A stretch of 64,000 bases of DNA from Macrostomum lignano (GCA_002269645.1 NIVC01003090.1:1-64000); one strand, 5' to 3'; counted from the first letter of the stretch, positions 1 to 14,400 are shown. Numbers and translations: made by a program. The notes: generated from the letters alone by a model not told the origin.

Positions 1-182
1 CCCACACAGGAGTGTACAGCGGCCCTAACTTTTTTTGTCGTTTGGCATGTACACTTCACTGTGCTTGGGGGTTGGCTCTCAAGGGCGTTAATTGCTCGAG
101 CAGAGCCAACGAGATTCCAGTTTAGCCCCAAATCGAGCCTGGGCCACTGGCAAATCAGAGCGCCGCGCTTGACCACTGGTAC
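1..182 (-). mobile_element. Degenerate tRNA-derived SINE-like head (runs off window start)
   Basis: Minus strand reads GTACCAGTGGTCAAGCG... (A-box-like) then GGCTCGATT (B-box-like) at tRNA-like spacing; no complete cloverleaf. Confidence 0.3.
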
Positions 183-2956
183 ATAATGGACTCAAATAAA
201 GGTATCGAGGTTCATCAGTTAACAATTGACTCGATGACAAGCGTCGAGGTTCATTAATGGATCACAATGGACTCAAATACAGGTATCTGTAGACGGGGGA
301 ATACGGATCGAAGGTAAAGACAATTTGAGTTCAATAAAGTCAAGATGTTGTAGCCAGTAGAGAGCTCTGCTTGTGCTAAGTAAGGAGACTGTAGAGTTAC
401 CGTCTAAAGAAGAGCATACTCTCGCCCTCTCAATCCCGAATCGAAGCTGCCAGAAACAAACAACTGAATTGGAGTGGTCGCATTCATGCCAGACTGAACT
501 GGAGTGGCGGCTGACAGCAAAAGAAGTAGGCAGCCTCCGCTCCGACTCGCTTCCCTCTCTTCAATCTTCCCCTGCAGGCTCGCCCTCCCGCGGGAGAACT
601 TGCTCCACTCGATGGAGCCTGCCGGAATCGATCGAACTCAATCAGCGGAGCCGTTTTAGGGGGAAGGAGAAGTTTTTCAAGAACTGGAGCATGGCGAAGC
701 TTGAGCTGGTGGGCTGAGGGGCGAAACAACTTGGAAGAGGCCATCCCCTGGCCTCCCATCCATATCAAACTTCCCCATTCTCTCCTTCTTTTCCCTGCCT
801 TCGTCTTCGAATCTAAAGACATGCAGCTCCCTCAAGCTCAGCAGATGGAGGTCGCTTTGGGAAGCTGGAGCCGAAGGATTTGGCAAGATTATCTTTAGTC
901 TTACGGGAAACACCGCCCCTGCCAGAGATCCTCTCATCCTCCTCCTTCCTTCTCAGACGGATAGATGAGATCGTGGGCAAAGAGAATCGAAGGAGGGCCC
1001 CGCTGCTGCGAGAGAGAATTTGCATAATAAATCCCCGGATGGGTCGGGCCGGGAAGATACGAGTCGAGTTCCCCTCGACAGCTGGGGTGGAGGCGTGACT
1101 CACAGGCCAGACAGACTGCTCTGTCTAGAGTCTCAGTGCCCAGCTATAACAAGCCAAATTGTGAGCAGTTGAATCAAATGTTTTTTGTTGATGCATTCAA
1201 CACAGAACACAAAGTCAGTTGAATGAGCTGTAGCATCTCCGTATTTGATTACGGCATCAGAAATCGAGTCCAGAATATCCAGTCCTTGCCTGACCAGTAG
1301 GAAGTTGCAGTATAATCAGTAGGTTGCGCTTCTATCTATAAAAAATGTGTAAGACTCCAGCAAGCGGAAAAGACTTTCTTCCCATAGCTGTGACTGATTC
1401 GATGCGAGATTTAATTAACGGTCAATAGCCGCTGACTGTTGAATTGGGGGAGGCGATCCTCTGTCACGTGACATCCCGTGACGCAGCCGCCGAAATCGCC
1501 CCCCCCCTCCCCGGATGTTGCGAAGCCCATGCGCCACTAATACCAGATATAAAATAGTATACAATTTACAGTACGTCTGTCAGTTCGCTAAGCTTTTGAA
1601 ATATCTATCTTCACATTACTGCTGACTCAGCGCCGCTCTCATCAAGTGGCGTCCCCGGATGCTGAGGGCCGGGGTCAGGCGCTCTGGCCCTGCATAATTG
1701 CCAGCTGATATCTGCTGAACTCAATGAAATCCATCCTACTCTCTTATCTCCATCTCTTTAACAGCCTCTTTGCTTACTTTCTCTGCAAAGTGCCACATCC
1801 CAAACTCCGCCTCTTCCACTTATCGAATTGCCCAACACTCTTCTTCTTGTTACTGGCAAACGACGATGTTGTTTGCCAAAAGAATAGAAGAGAGACTGAC
1901 ACACGCAATATTACAGATCCCATCATTGGGCCCATTCTTGGTTGGTCACCGGGGTCCAGGTGGATATTCTGACACACCCAATAACATGTTCAGCTTGGGC
2001 GGCTTGGGAGCGAAGTCGAAGCCCTGGGATTAGCAGAGATAACCCGCTGGATGGCGCATTTGGGAAAATTCCTGAACTAGAGAAATATCCCCTGCCTCCA
2101 TCATTCGCTTCTGGACTGTCCAGCACGTCCCCCACCCCGATTTGGCCTCTCTCTTTCAAAATACCAACAGCTGTGCGCGCAGTTTTAACCGGCTCGATAT
2201 GGGCCTGATTGACACGCCCTTTCCACACCTTCACCGGCCGGGCGGTCCTTATCCCAACTGAGGAATTCGGTGTGCAGTCTCCTCCTCGCATGACGACTGT
2301 TGGCTGAGGTTTTTTCTGCTGAAAACTTTAACTTGACCGCTGCAGCGGGGAAGGGGAGTGGGGAAGAGAAAGCGAGCCGAACAGACGGCGGTTAAATGAG
2401 ATTCTCCCAGCTAAATTATTAACTTAAATGTCCCCTCCCTAAGCCCCCTCCCTGGTCGACGAGAACAACTATAGCGTTATATAAAATTAAAACGGGAATT
2501 GACTGGATGAGGAGGGAGGGACTTAAAGTAATTAGCGTAGAATTGCCCCCCTCCACACCAGCCCAGCTGCCGCAGACGCCAAGAACTGAAGCTAAACGGA
2601 TCCCATAGCCAGTATACTAAACAGCCGAAACGGGCCATGGTCGGCCCTCAGCTTAATTGCACCCAGGGCGGGATGGGATCCGTCTGTCCGTCTGTCTCCC
2701 TGTGTCAGCCTCCGGGCCCTGGGCTCTGCCTCTGTCACTCTTTATGCTCTATATACGAGGAAGCGCATTTTAGAAAGATTTACTCATCTGAACTCCGCCT
2801 AGGGAATAGGCACTGTTTAGCCGCAGTCAGCTTGGATCGACTTGAAGATTTCAATGGCTAAAACTTTTTTCCTAGTCTAGTCGGTTTGAAACTGCTCTGT
2901 CTGATAAACTCAAACGGATTGTTGAATTATTCTATTCTGTTTAATTCACCAGATAG

Positions 2957-3313
2957 GGGCCCTGCTTGGACTCAACCGCAGGGACATATCAGTGCGGTAA
3001 CCATCGCCCTCTCAGGCCATGGCTGAAGGTAGCAATGGGAAAATCCGCAATGAGGAATGTCCATTCTGCCTCTCTTGTGTTGAGAATGCGGAGCACATCA
3101 TCTGTGACTGCCCGGCGCGCCTTTACTCACGTCAGGCTCGCCTACCTCGGCCCAAACCCGGACCTTTCCAACGTTTCCAGGCTCTCCGTTTTGGAATGTC
3201 CAGAGGGGAACCGCGCTGCAAACCCCGGCATCACCGGATCTCCCAGAGCAACACCGCAGCACCAGCTGCTCGTGGTCGCCAGGGGTTAGCGGATGCCGGG
3301 AGCCCCCTGCAGC
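2957..3313 (+). mobile_element. 3' relic of an RNase H-type LINE related to the element at 22830-28637
   Basis: Frameshifted translation GALLGLNRRD..AVTIALSGHG..EECPFCLSCVENAEHIICDCP..AFTHVRLAYLGPNPDLS parallels RALLRLNRRDLRAVSMALSGHG..ERCPFCRSGSENAEHFICHCPVFTRARLTHLGPNPVLS of the large LINE. It also shares the 3'UTR motifs GGTCGCCAGGGG(T/C)TAGCGGA and GCCCCTGCAGC. Confidence 0.8.
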
Positions 3314-3840
3314 AGCAGATGGCGCTTGCAGTTTGGCCAGGTAGAGCGCACACTGTCCTGCTATTGCGCTGCTTGTTAAATCCAAATCAAATTCCACCTG
3401 AATACCTGCATTATCCGCTGTGTTCTTCGACCAAGTAGATTTTAGCTTGTCCAGTGGCCACGCATAATTATTGATAAAAATTGTTGCTTTTCGAATTTCA
3501 GAATGTTAAAACCCCCCAGCCCCCAGCCGAACCCTCCTTGATTTCTGTGGGGTCTGCAGCTGGATTGCACAGAAATCGGGGGTTTTCTGTCCGTCTGTCT
3601 GCAGTAAGTCCGATCTCCAGGTCGCCTGCGAGTTGCCAGGAGGAAATTGCGTCGACCCGTGTTTCGGATATGCATCGGGAGGCAGAGATGCGCTCCTAGC
3701 GGCCTCTCGACTTCGCCTTATGGCCTTCTCTTACTCTCCCCAGTTCCGTCTGCAGCTCTGGCCGCTCTCTCTTTCTCTCTTCCACTCCCGCCATCTCCCT
3801 CTCTCTCATTATCTCTCTCACCCTCCCTCTTTCATTCTCC

Positions 3841-4088
3841 CTCTACCGCTCTCTACCTCTACCGCTCTCTACCTCTATCGCTCTCTACCTCTACCGCTCT
3901 CTACCTCTACCGCTCTCTACCTCTACCGCTCTCTACCTCTACCGCTCTCTACCTCTACCGCTCTCTACCTCTACCGCTCTCTACCTCTACCGCTCTCTAC
4001 CTCTACCGCTCTCTACCTCTACCGCTCTCTACCTCTACCGCTCTCTACCTCTACCGCTCTCTACCTCTACCGCTCTCTACCTCTACCG
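3841..4088. repeat. 16-bp tandem repeat (CTCTACCGCTCTCTAC) x ~15.5
   Basis: Direct reading; near-perfect units. Explains the repetitive ORFs at 3633 and 3647. Confidence 0.97.
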
Positions 4089-6145
4089 AACTCTTCGCTA
4101 CGCTCCCTGCCTCCCTCATCTGCGCACTGTGCCTGCTTACGAAATGCCTTATCCTTTAAACTTTTTAGCTGACTGATTTATTTAAACACTAACTGTTTCT
4201 ATGAGTATCTTAGTTTTGGTCGTGGTGTAAACCTTAGTTTTATCTTTTCTATACCTTTAGAGTTGGTTCAAGACAAGTGTTTGTACTATTTTATACAACA
4301 ATAGTACTCTCATAATGCTCTCGGATTCCCCTATTCTCACCCTGCTTCTGTTTTGCTTTTTATATAGTCCTGTGCTCATCATCTGAGCTCAAGGCTTAAG
4401 GATCCTGCATATTGGACTCAACTCGTCGTATCCCCACCCTGATCGGGCTGACATGAGTTGGGTAAAAATTGGAAGGGTATTGGGAGACATCGGTTAACAT
4501 TGGATAGCGGGACGGGCTTGCGGGGCAGAACTGGAGCAGAATGGGGGAAAGAAGAGGCTTTCAGGGCTGGGGTTTAGCTCGACTTTGGAATGCAATAAAG
4601 ATGCCAAAAAGTCAGGCCCAGACTGGGCCAGCCTGCCCAGTTTAGGGTGAAAGCGAGGTGAAAGTAAAGGAATTAAGGCAGGCTTGGATGATGAGGGTGG
4701 GGACAGCCGGTAGATGAGGAAAGGAGACATGCCTGAGCACGAATCCTCAAGGCTGAAGTGGGAGGGCAGTGGAGAGAGAAAAAGCGACTTGGGGTGTCCT
4801 GCGGGATGCGAGCTCGCTAGCTGCTAATGGCGAAATACCAGAGTAGAGTATAGAACTGAGGGAGTTCCAGTATCTTCGGCAGACTGTCTATCGCGACTTT
4901 TCTTCCGCTAAAATGGCCACTAAAAATCGGGTTGGGCGGTTGCCAAGAGAGTAATTCCCCCCCCCCCCCGGGGGGGGCTTGCCTGACATCCACTTTCTCC
5001 TCTGTCTCTCTCTCTCCCGCTTGAAGAGAAAGGAGAAAAACGCTTTCTGCTGGCTCCAGCTGGACTAAATTACTTTTTATATAGACGAGCGATATATTCT
5101 ACCTGACCAGCTCCTTCTCTTCAGCTCAACCAGCTCCTTCTTCGATTTCCTTGCCGCCTCTCTCTCTCCGTCCCCAACTACCCGACTCCCACTTCACTTT
5201 CTCATCGCCAGAGGCTGCAGTGCCCATTACTTGCACAGGCGACTTCAATTACCCGAGAGAGAGGTGACCAGCGGCGGCAATTTGAACCAGCTGCGGCCAC
5301 TGATGGCCTTCTGTGTGGGCTTTTTTCGCTCCCCCTAAAAGCGAGTTCATTTTCTGCTGGTGGAGTTGATGATTGCTGAAATCGGGAAAGCAAAGAGGAT
5401 GGAGAGAGTCTTTGGGAGAAAAAATGGACCTCTCAGGGAGATGAAATCGATCAGCTGGGAAGGCGGTTTTTCAACATCGAGATCTGTGAAGAGTTTCTCA
5501 TCCGGGAGGTCAATTCAACAACTATTGGACTCGCGGGACGGTGTGGAATTTTTGGCATAGCGGGCGGCAATGCTGGCGGCTGGGACCAAATTCTCTTGGC
5601 GATCAATCTATCCACGTGGGGCCGCGTCTGCTGCCGTTCGCGTCAACTTGAGTAACAGCTCAATTTGGGCCAGAGCGACGGAGTAGAAAGAGAATGGAGA
5701 GACAGAGGGAGAGAGAGAGAGAGGCCCGCAGGAGAAAGTGGATGCTAAGCACAGACGCGCAGCTTCCCCTAAGACTCATTTCCCAGCTGCGCATGATTGA
5801 TCGACTACAAGGGGGGGGGCGAGTATGGGATGGTAGAGCATTCGAAAATCTGCAGGCATCGGCTAAACTTATAGTATAAGCTGCTGCAATGTGTGCGCGG
5901 TCGAGTGGGCTTCTGCAACCGTTTCCCCACTCTCGTAAGCCTCATTGGAAGCCGCATCAGCATAGAGATTGCCAGTCGGAGTTGCCCCCAGCTCACTCTC
6001 TCTTTCCCATCTCTCGCTCAGTGAACAACGGGCTTCGACCTGATCGATCTACGAGTATATTGCTTTAGAAACGGCGCACTGACAGTGCATTAAGTGGGGA
6101 GGGGCTACACAGAGAGACTGCTGTAGGATATTTGCTGACTGACTA

Positions 6146-6859
<714 letters not shown>

Positions 6860-9146
6860 TCAAAGCCTCAACAGCAGGACACATGACCCTTGACTGATGA
6901 AATACACATACAGAGAAGAGAAGGCATACAGGGGGACCTGAGGGGGCGATGGGGGCTCCCGGCTTGAAGGGCGGCTGCTGATTGCAGCCCAGCCGAGTCC
7001 TCCTTGTACAGGAAATTGCCCGATGAATAATTGAGGAAAGCGGTGCGTGCGGGCACCCTCAGACATCTACTCTCAAGTTCCAACTCAGCGTCAATGCATC
7101 TTTGTCCCTGCTTATGGGGAGAGAGGATCTGCTTGGGAGTTGGGAAGAGACGCCGGACATGATGGGGCAGGAAAGACATTCACAGAGTTAGAGTGAAAAA
7201 ATGCGCTCATTGGTATAGTTAACCCAATCTATACTAGATGAAGGCTCCCTGTGTGAGTCTGGCAATGGGCAGAGTTGTCTCACCTCGTTTGTCCCACCTG
7301 CATTGCTGAGAAATCCAATTCCAATCTGGTTTCAGTTCCTTTCATGCGTCAGTGTCTCTGGCGTGTCTCTGCAGTTTTTTCTCCCACCCGCCCGCTTCAG
7401 TGAGAGCGATTTATTTTTCAATTGAAAGCCCACAGTACGTGCCGGGTGGCCCTGCTGTACCTTCCCATCCGCTCAGTTTGAGAAATTGTAAAAATCAAAT
7501 TTTCACTGGCAACTGTAGACGCGAGTGGAAAAGAAACCTGGACGTGGGGTGACTCAGTCATAACATGCTCGTCAAGCTTGCATGGGCCACGGCTATAAAT
7601 CAGCGCACAGATAGAATGCCTTCTGCAGAGACATCAATGTCAGGCCTTGTGGAAAAGCAGAAAAATGGGCCCCCATCTGCGCTGGTAGAGCCGACAGACA
7701 GCCGGAGAGAGACTGGGGAATCTCGAAGCCCTAAAGTCGCCAAAAAATCCCATTCCTGCGGCCAGCCATGCAGTCACCCATTTTTTCTCTCTAAAGTTCC
7801 ACTCCTCCATTTCCTGTCTTTTTTCCGTCTTTGCCAGCGGCAGCCGGCAGCAGACCTGAACCGCCACGCGGATGCTGATAATGCGTGTGCGCCTCCCCCC
7901 TCTGTCTCATTCCATGCAGCAAGGCAGGAGAGAGTTGGCCACAGCTGCCCGGGAGTCGAGAACAAGAATTAGCCTCCGCCGAGGCTTCCCAGTTTTTTTG
8001 GGCGGTGCATTGGCGCGGCCTAGGGTGGAAAGTGGGGAGCGTGAGGGGCGGCTAACGGGTGCCGCCGGTCAATTTCAAACATTGACACAAGGGGGAAATA
8101 GGCTTGCCGCTGGCCCCTGGCAGCTTGCGGGGAGAGTGGATTGCAGCGCTGGCGTCATTAGCAGCGGCAGAGTCCGAGATAGCATCATGGGCAATTATTT
8201 TACGGTAGGTAGAAGAGGTAGAGAGAGAGACGCGAATTCTGCTGCAACAATGCACCGTAGCCAATGCACAGAGTGAGAAATTTTATGCACTGTAAATCCG
8301 CCAACTCGGCATCAAGTCATGAGGAAATTATACAAGCACCCTAATAGCCGATGAAAACTGTCTGGACTTCACCGTGCTGGCATTGCAATGGAGTTGAAAA
8401 AAAACACATTGGTATAGAGATAGAGATGGCGAGGAAGCCAGCGCCAGAAGGGAAACCCATCAAGGCCTGTTGGATGAATAACGGATGAAGCATTATTAAA
8501 AAAGCTGCAGATGGAGGCGCGCAGAGTTGGGAAGGAGAAAATGGAGATGCTGCAGCAGCTCCGCATGATGAAGGCTTAATGAGGTCCCTTTCTCTCTGGG
8601 CTGTTGCTGATGTTCCAAGCTAGCCCCACATGTTTGTCAGGCCAAGCCAGCATCTGCGCGCAGAGGGGGGGCGCTGAATTCCAACGCTGACTTTTTCAGC
8701 CTTTTCTGGAGGACGCGGCGGCAGGTGGGAGGAGGGGAAGGGGATGCTACAGGCAGGATACCCCCGGGAGGGTCCCTCCCACCGAGACAGTTTCCGCCCA
8801 GCAACCTATAGTGCACGGTAGCATCACTGCATGCAGCAACAGCTGTCTGCATAAACCCCTTTATAGCAGCTGATTGCACCTGGACTGACGGTTTGTTTTA
8901 ACAAACTTTACTAAATGCAAAACTGCGCCGATACTGCGAATAATTTGGGACCGCATTTTTGAGACCCGCGGGACCAACCACGACTTCGTTGAATGCACTT
9001 TTTAGAGCGTTAGATCCAGCTGGAATTACTCTCTGGGATTGTTTGCCAACAAATAAGATGGACGGGCACGGGTCTGTCTACATCGGCGCTTAGACCTTAA
9101 TTAATAACCACTTGTCTACGACAGAATTCCTTCCCCACATCTCTAT

Positions 9147-11477
9147 CTTACCAAATGGCAAGCACTGCATGCCATAGACAATTTAGATCTGCGCTGTACA
9201 CTTCGAATTTCAAAACAGTTGCTTTATTATGGACAGGCAAGAAAACACTTTCTCAACAGGAGAAGTGACATCTTTGACTGGAGAATAGTCTATGGCCAAC
9301 CTAGAAAAAAGGCAAGAGGGAGGGAATACAGGCATGAAAAGTTAACTGCAAGAATTTTTACTGGTGCCTCCTTAGCTCACCACCCCAACTTACCAAATCT
9401 TACAATGCAAGCGGTCAGACAGCGACGGCAAGCAGCCAAGCAAGCCTTGCGAAACTTGGGCCTCGACAGCGAATCGAGCGATGAGTCGAGCGATGACTCA
9501 TTTTTCACTGCCGAGAGCGAGGGAGAGGACGGTGACGAAAATCAAGAAGGCAACGATGGACCGGAGGAAGACGATCAGGGAATGATGCACGATGATTGGA
9601 GATCAGTAACTCCAGAGACTGATGCTCGAGCTAATTCTCTTCCCGAGTTCCTCGGGGCAAGCGGAGTCAATCCGGGATTCTCCGTACCTGCTGATGTTGA
9701 CGACGGCTGGACAGCCATTTTCGAGCAATTTTTACCCGATGACTTTCTGCTTCAGATGTGCATGTGGACAAACAAGAGAGCGCAGCTGGATATTGCCAAG
9801 TTTCAAGAAGAACACGGAGATGATGAACTGCCTTACGGGCTCAGAACGTGGAAGCCCTGCACTGTTTCTGAGATGAAGAAGGTGATCGGCGTTATATTAT
9901 ATACCGGAGTTGTACAGAAACCGGAGGTGACGGCTTACTGGTCCACGGACCCGTTTTACTTTCATCCCTACTTTCAAAGCATGAAGATGCTTCCTCGCTC
10001 GCGGTTTCAACAAATCATGTCATGGCTGCGTTGCTATGACTGTCTTGACTTCGACGCTGGTGATCCCTTGTGCAAGATCAGGCCGTTCCTAGACATGGTC
10101 CAGACAGTTTGCAAGAACAGCTACATGCCCGATCAAAGCATTGCCGTTGATGAAGCGCTGCTGCTCTATAAAGGGAGGCTGATTTTTAAGCAGTACATGC
10201 CCAACAAGAGAGCCAAGTTTGGCATCAAATTGTACTGCCTTGCAGAGTCTTCTACAGGCTACATGTGGAACTATCTGATACATTCAACCACCATTGCGAA
10301 TGAACAGTTCGGCAACGATGTGCCGCAGCTCTCAATCAGTGAGAGAGTCGTCGTAGAACTTTGTCGCGACATTCTGGACCTTGGATATCGGGTCTTTTGC
10401 GACAGTTGGTTTTCATCGGTGCGACTGGCCAAGTTCCTTCTGACCAGAGGAACAACCTTAACTGGGACCGTTCGCAAAGACCGAGGCGTTCCACCGATTC
10501 TGCGAGATATGCTCTTGCAACCACCGAGTCATTCCTTTGCCCGACATGGTGACATCCTTGCTGTGAAGCTGGTTGACAGGCGAAGCTCAGGAACAAAGAC
10601 GGTCTATCTGTTGGACTCCGCTTCAACGGCTGCTAGCTCTTTGGTTAGCCGGGTACTGCGCGGTGGTGTGGAGCAGCAGCTGCTGAAACCCAACTCGGTT
10701 TTGCAATATAATCAGAACATGGGAGGTGTGGATCGGATGGATGCCGCAGCCCAGCCTTACAGCGCATGCCGCCGAACGCACAAATGGTTCGTAAAGTTGG
10801 CGGTGTTTCTGCTACAGCAGCTGGTTCGCAACTCCTGGATTGTGTACCGACATCTAGGTGGATTCATGAGCTTTCTCAGCTACACTGAAAGGTGTGTAAA
10901 GCACTTGATTGAAAGCAGCGGAAATGGTCGATCGAGAGTTAAGCGTCAGGCTCTTCCCCGTCAGCCAGGCGAAATTCATCACCGGCTGGAAAAGCTACCC
11001 GTTACCGCAGCACAAGAACGGCCTACCAAGCGTTGCCGAGTTTGTTACCAGCGCAGACTGAAAAAGCGGACCGTCTACTTCTGCCAAGGCTGTGACGGTC
11101 AGCCTGGGATTTGCCTGGAGCCGTGCTTCTTTGAGTGGCACTCGGCTAACTGATTGCTGGCGCTTTGCTGAAACTGTAATCGAACTGTTGCTAAAATTAT
11201 TTTCATTCACTTGCATGCAGCTTCATTTGCCCTTATGTTCTTAAGATTTACCTTTGTGCATGCAATGTATGTCGTTTTCTATTTGTTTTGTGACACTCCG
11301 ACGCAGTATGACAATACAAACAGTTTTTTGGCCTTGGCATGCATAGCATTCCATTTGGTTGAGTCAGACAATGATTCTGTCTAAACTCGCTTTCCCATCG
11401 ACTTCAAATCTGTATATGGTCAATTGACAGAATGAACGATGGCATGCACAGCATGCCACTGGTAATCATAAGGTTAA
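9147..11477 (+). mobile_element. piggyBac DNA transposon (right end ...CATAAGG|TTAA at 11474-11477; left end degenerate)
   Basis: Transposase ORF; imperfect inverted termini TTACCAAATGGCAAGCACTGCATGCCATAG (~9148-9177) versus CGATGGCATGCACAGCATGCCACTGGTAA (11437-11465); TTAA present only on the right. Confidence 0.8.
9405..11153 (+). CDS. piggyBac (PGBD4-like) DDD transposase, 582 aa from first ATG, uninterrupted
   Basis: Acidic N-terminus; catalytic-motif context IAVDEALL, VFCDSWFSS, MGGVDRMD; YMPNKRAKFGIK; C-terminal Cys-rich domain KRCRVC..YFCQGC..GICLEPCFFEWH. Confidence 0.95.
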   Translation: MQAVRQRRQAAKQALRNLGLDSESSDESSDDSFFTAESEGEDGDENQEGNDGPEEDDQGMMHDDWRSVTPETDARANSLPEFLGASGVNPGFSVPADVDDGWTAIFEQFLPDDFLLQMCMWTNKRAQLDIAKFQEEHGDDELPYGLRTWKPCTVSEMKKVIGVILYTGVVQKPEVTAYWSTDPFYFHPYFQSMKMLPRSRFQQIMSWLRCYDCLDFDAGDPLCKIRPFLDMVQTVCKNSYMPDQSIAVDEALLLYKGRLIFKQYMPNKRAKFGIKLYCLAESSTGYMWNYLIHSTTIANEQFGNDVPQLSISERVVVELCRDILDLGYRVFCDSWFSSVRLAKFLLTRGTTLTGTVRKDRGVPPILRDMLLQPPSHSFARHGDILAVKLVDRRSSGTKTVYLLDSASTAASSLVSRVLRGGVEQQLLKPNSVLQYNQNMGGVDRMDAAAQPYSACRRTHKWFVKLAVFLLQQLVRNSWIVYRHLGGFMSFLSYTERCVKHLIESSGNGRSRVKRQALPRQPGEIHHRLEKLPVTAAQERPTKRCRVCYQRRLKKRTVYFCQGCDGQPGICLEPCFFEWHSAN

Positions 11478-14400
11478 GGTCCGGAGCGACTGTTGCCGCT
11501 TGCTGTCCGTCTCTATCCATTGTCTATCTCTATCCAGAAAACCTGCTTTAACTTCACCACCAGCCAATGTTCCAGCATAGAGGGAAACCGCTTCACGGCG
11601 AGGAGCTGAAGGAGCAGAAAAAGGAAGACTGGCTTGCACGTCGCGTAGACTTAGCGCTGCTGTCCGCACTCTCACAGTAATGAGTTATCGACTGATTTTG
11701 GCTTTACCTTGGCCTCGCTCATCTATCTGAAACTCTTCAACCCAGAAAATCGGAGGGGGAGCGTTCGGAGAAGCCGCGACAGAGCAGCAAAGCCAATCTA
11801 AACTGTATGACCCTCAGAGCAAACCCTGCGGACTTAAACTTTCTCTCTTCAAAGCGGCTTTGGAGGAGCGAGGGATACTCGCAGGGTCCTGCAGGCGTGC
11901 AGTCATTACTCACTGATTCTACATAGGGTAAATCTTGGCTCCTGGTGTGGCGTGTATCGATCAGGGCGCTGGGGCACCCGACGTCTCGAGTCTTTTTTCG
12001 CTTCCTTTGCTTACTCAACTCTCTGTGGAGCTTTTCTTAATTCTCTTTTCTCAATGCAGGTGCAGTTTTTTAAAAAATTGACTGAACCCAAGAAGTAGCA
12101 GACACACTAGAATTGTCTTCCGCTCCCTGGCTTTCGCTTTTCTTCCAAGTTTAGCTTCTACAGAATAACTCATTCCTTCGGCGGGCTACTTTGTTGCCAT
12201 GCGTGCGAGAGCCGCTAGCTGGGACAGGAAGAGGCCGAGCTCAATGGAGTCTCGAGCGGTAGTACATTAAGAGCATCGGCCAGTGGCGCTTTGCAAGCTC
12301 ATGCAAATGCTATGGAAGCTATAGTTCAGCATTTAAGCACTTCACTATTTTGGCCTAATTTCTTTCCAACGGTGTTCCTATTCCAGATTTTTAATTTCTA
12401 CACAAAAAACTTTGTTTACCTACAGCGAAGCATGTATGTATCTGATGCGTCGAGCGCCATCTAGTCAGTTTGATGCCAGCAGCTACCATGAAAAATAAGC
12501 TCGCACTGCATGTTTTTAGTTGCGCTCAGCTTGCCTGCTATCGGTGTTCTGCTGAGAATTCTTTCTTTGCTTTTGAATGGCTACGAGGATTAGCCCTGGG
12601 ATTCGCACTGGGACTGCATGGGACCCGCGTGGAGGAGGGTTGAGCCTGTAGACCCAGTTGGCACACGAGTAGGAGCTTAACTGAGAAAGAGAGAGTAAAC
12701 GAGTAAGATCCCTCTCTGCCTCTTTCAAGGATACCCTTTCTATTTTAAAAGTCCTACCCGGTTCGCTGGGTTTCTCTCTACTTCCTACATGCGTTGGACG
12801 ACCAGTGGCTTTTGTAGTCAACTTTTCTAGCCAAAACATTTTTTAGCACAAAACCTTGCTTCAACATTTAAATCCCTGAATAGATAAGTCGGTAAGATGG
12901 ATTGTAAGGTTTATTGAAAGCTCAAGAGTGCATTCTACTCACCAAGTATTAAACAATGCGAGTTCTGCCTTGGTCGCGGCTTTATGTTCTGCAAGCAACC
13001 GTCTGCGCGAGTCTACCAGGCAATCTGTTTTCAATGCTCTCTGGCTGGATCCGGGAGACTGTGGCCCAGCAAGGGTGGAAGAATCTGCCTAGAGGTCGCC
13101 GCTAATGAGGGGCGAGAAACTGGACTCCTCTAATAGACGCTTAAGCCTTGCAGCAATTTTTTTCTGCTGGCTGCTTCTGTGAGAGGTGTGAGACGGCAGT
13201 CGCGGGTCTCACTGAGACAGACGAAGTCTGAGGAGACTGGGATGAAGAGGGCGTCTGTGGTGAGCTGTAAATAGACCTGAGGGGCTGGTTGGGTTGTCGG
13301 GAAAATTTGGAGCAAGGCCCCCCGAGTAAATGTGGCTGGAAGTGAAGAGTAGTAACTAGCGGAGGAAGGAGGGGCAGGCGAAACAGGAGTTCAATTCCTA
13401 TAAGCAGGAGCTGGAACAAGTTTAGAAGCCGAGGAGAGCAAATTGAAAATCGGCGTAAGTGCCTCGCCAACCAATGGGGATGCGGCTGGACCGGCTGCCC
13501 CAGCTGGCCAGGATTGGCAATAGACTGAGAGGGGCAAGGGGGGCATTAGGGAGGCGGCCGCTGGAGGCACAACTGCTGAAGGCAATCAATAGGGCGAGCT
13601 GGACAGGCGGGCAGAGGATCCGAACGGGGGATAGAGACGGTGGACTGGAACTGAAGGAAGATGAGGGAGAGTTTAGGGGATGTGGAAAGTCTTGCACGGA
13701 AGGGGGCCTTGCTTGCGAGATGAGAGAGAAAGAGAGAAAGTGTGAGAGAAAGAGGAACGAGTGACGCGTTCCGGGTCCGCTGGAATTCCCCTCGGAGTCT
13801 GGCAATATCCCACGGGGGCCGAGTTCTTCCACGGCGCTGCGCTTCTGGCTAGAAGATTATTACAGAAGGAAAAGGGGGTGCGGATGGTGGATTTGGAGAG
13901 GGAGTTGAGAGGGAGGGGGTAGGGCGAGGGCGAATCCCGCATGGGTGCGCGTGCTGAGCTGGGGCGGTGCAGTTGAGTGAAAATCGAGTTACTCGATAAT
14001 TTTTTCAATTAGCCCGGCGCCGAGGCGCAGAGCTGACAAGCCCCAATCAGCTCCAGGGGGGGGGGCAGAGGAAGGGGGCCAGAACGATCTCTGGAGGAAG
14101 GGGGAACTGCAGCGAGACCAGTAAGCAGTGGAATAGTGGATGATTGAAGAACTAGGGCAAAACGAAGGGCTCCAAAAGAAGAGCCAAAGCAAGCAGTTAG
14201 TAATCAAATGTCCGAGATCGATGACCCGAGCAGACCGAATCCGGCATCAAAGGGTGGGAGAGAGAAATGAAATCGGACTCACTAGAAGAGATGAGGCAGT
14301 ACAACGCTGAGCAGAATGCAAATTGCATGGTATCGGCAAGAGAGAACAACCCCAATAATACTTCTCTGTTTAGTGAATCAACATGCATGCACAGTGTACA

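Noticed and set aside
373-2300. Short ORFs in GC-rich DNA here and at 4500-6000, 6860-8880, 11470-14450 and 54070-60950
   Set aside because: No recognisable motifs or consistent codon bias; most likely intronic or regulatory DNA of elav and foxD.
3633-4172. 170-179 aa ORFs with LPLPLSTSTALYLYRS repeats
   Set aside because: Translation of a stop-free 16-bp tandem repeat.
4954-4978. C-run/G-run palindrome
   Set aside because: Simple homopolymers with no associated element boundaries.
9219-9404. 62-aa N-terminal extension of the piggyBac transposase from a TTG start
   Set aside because: Non-ATG starts are unlikely in this eukaryotic context; the ATG at 9405 gives a normal-length transposase.
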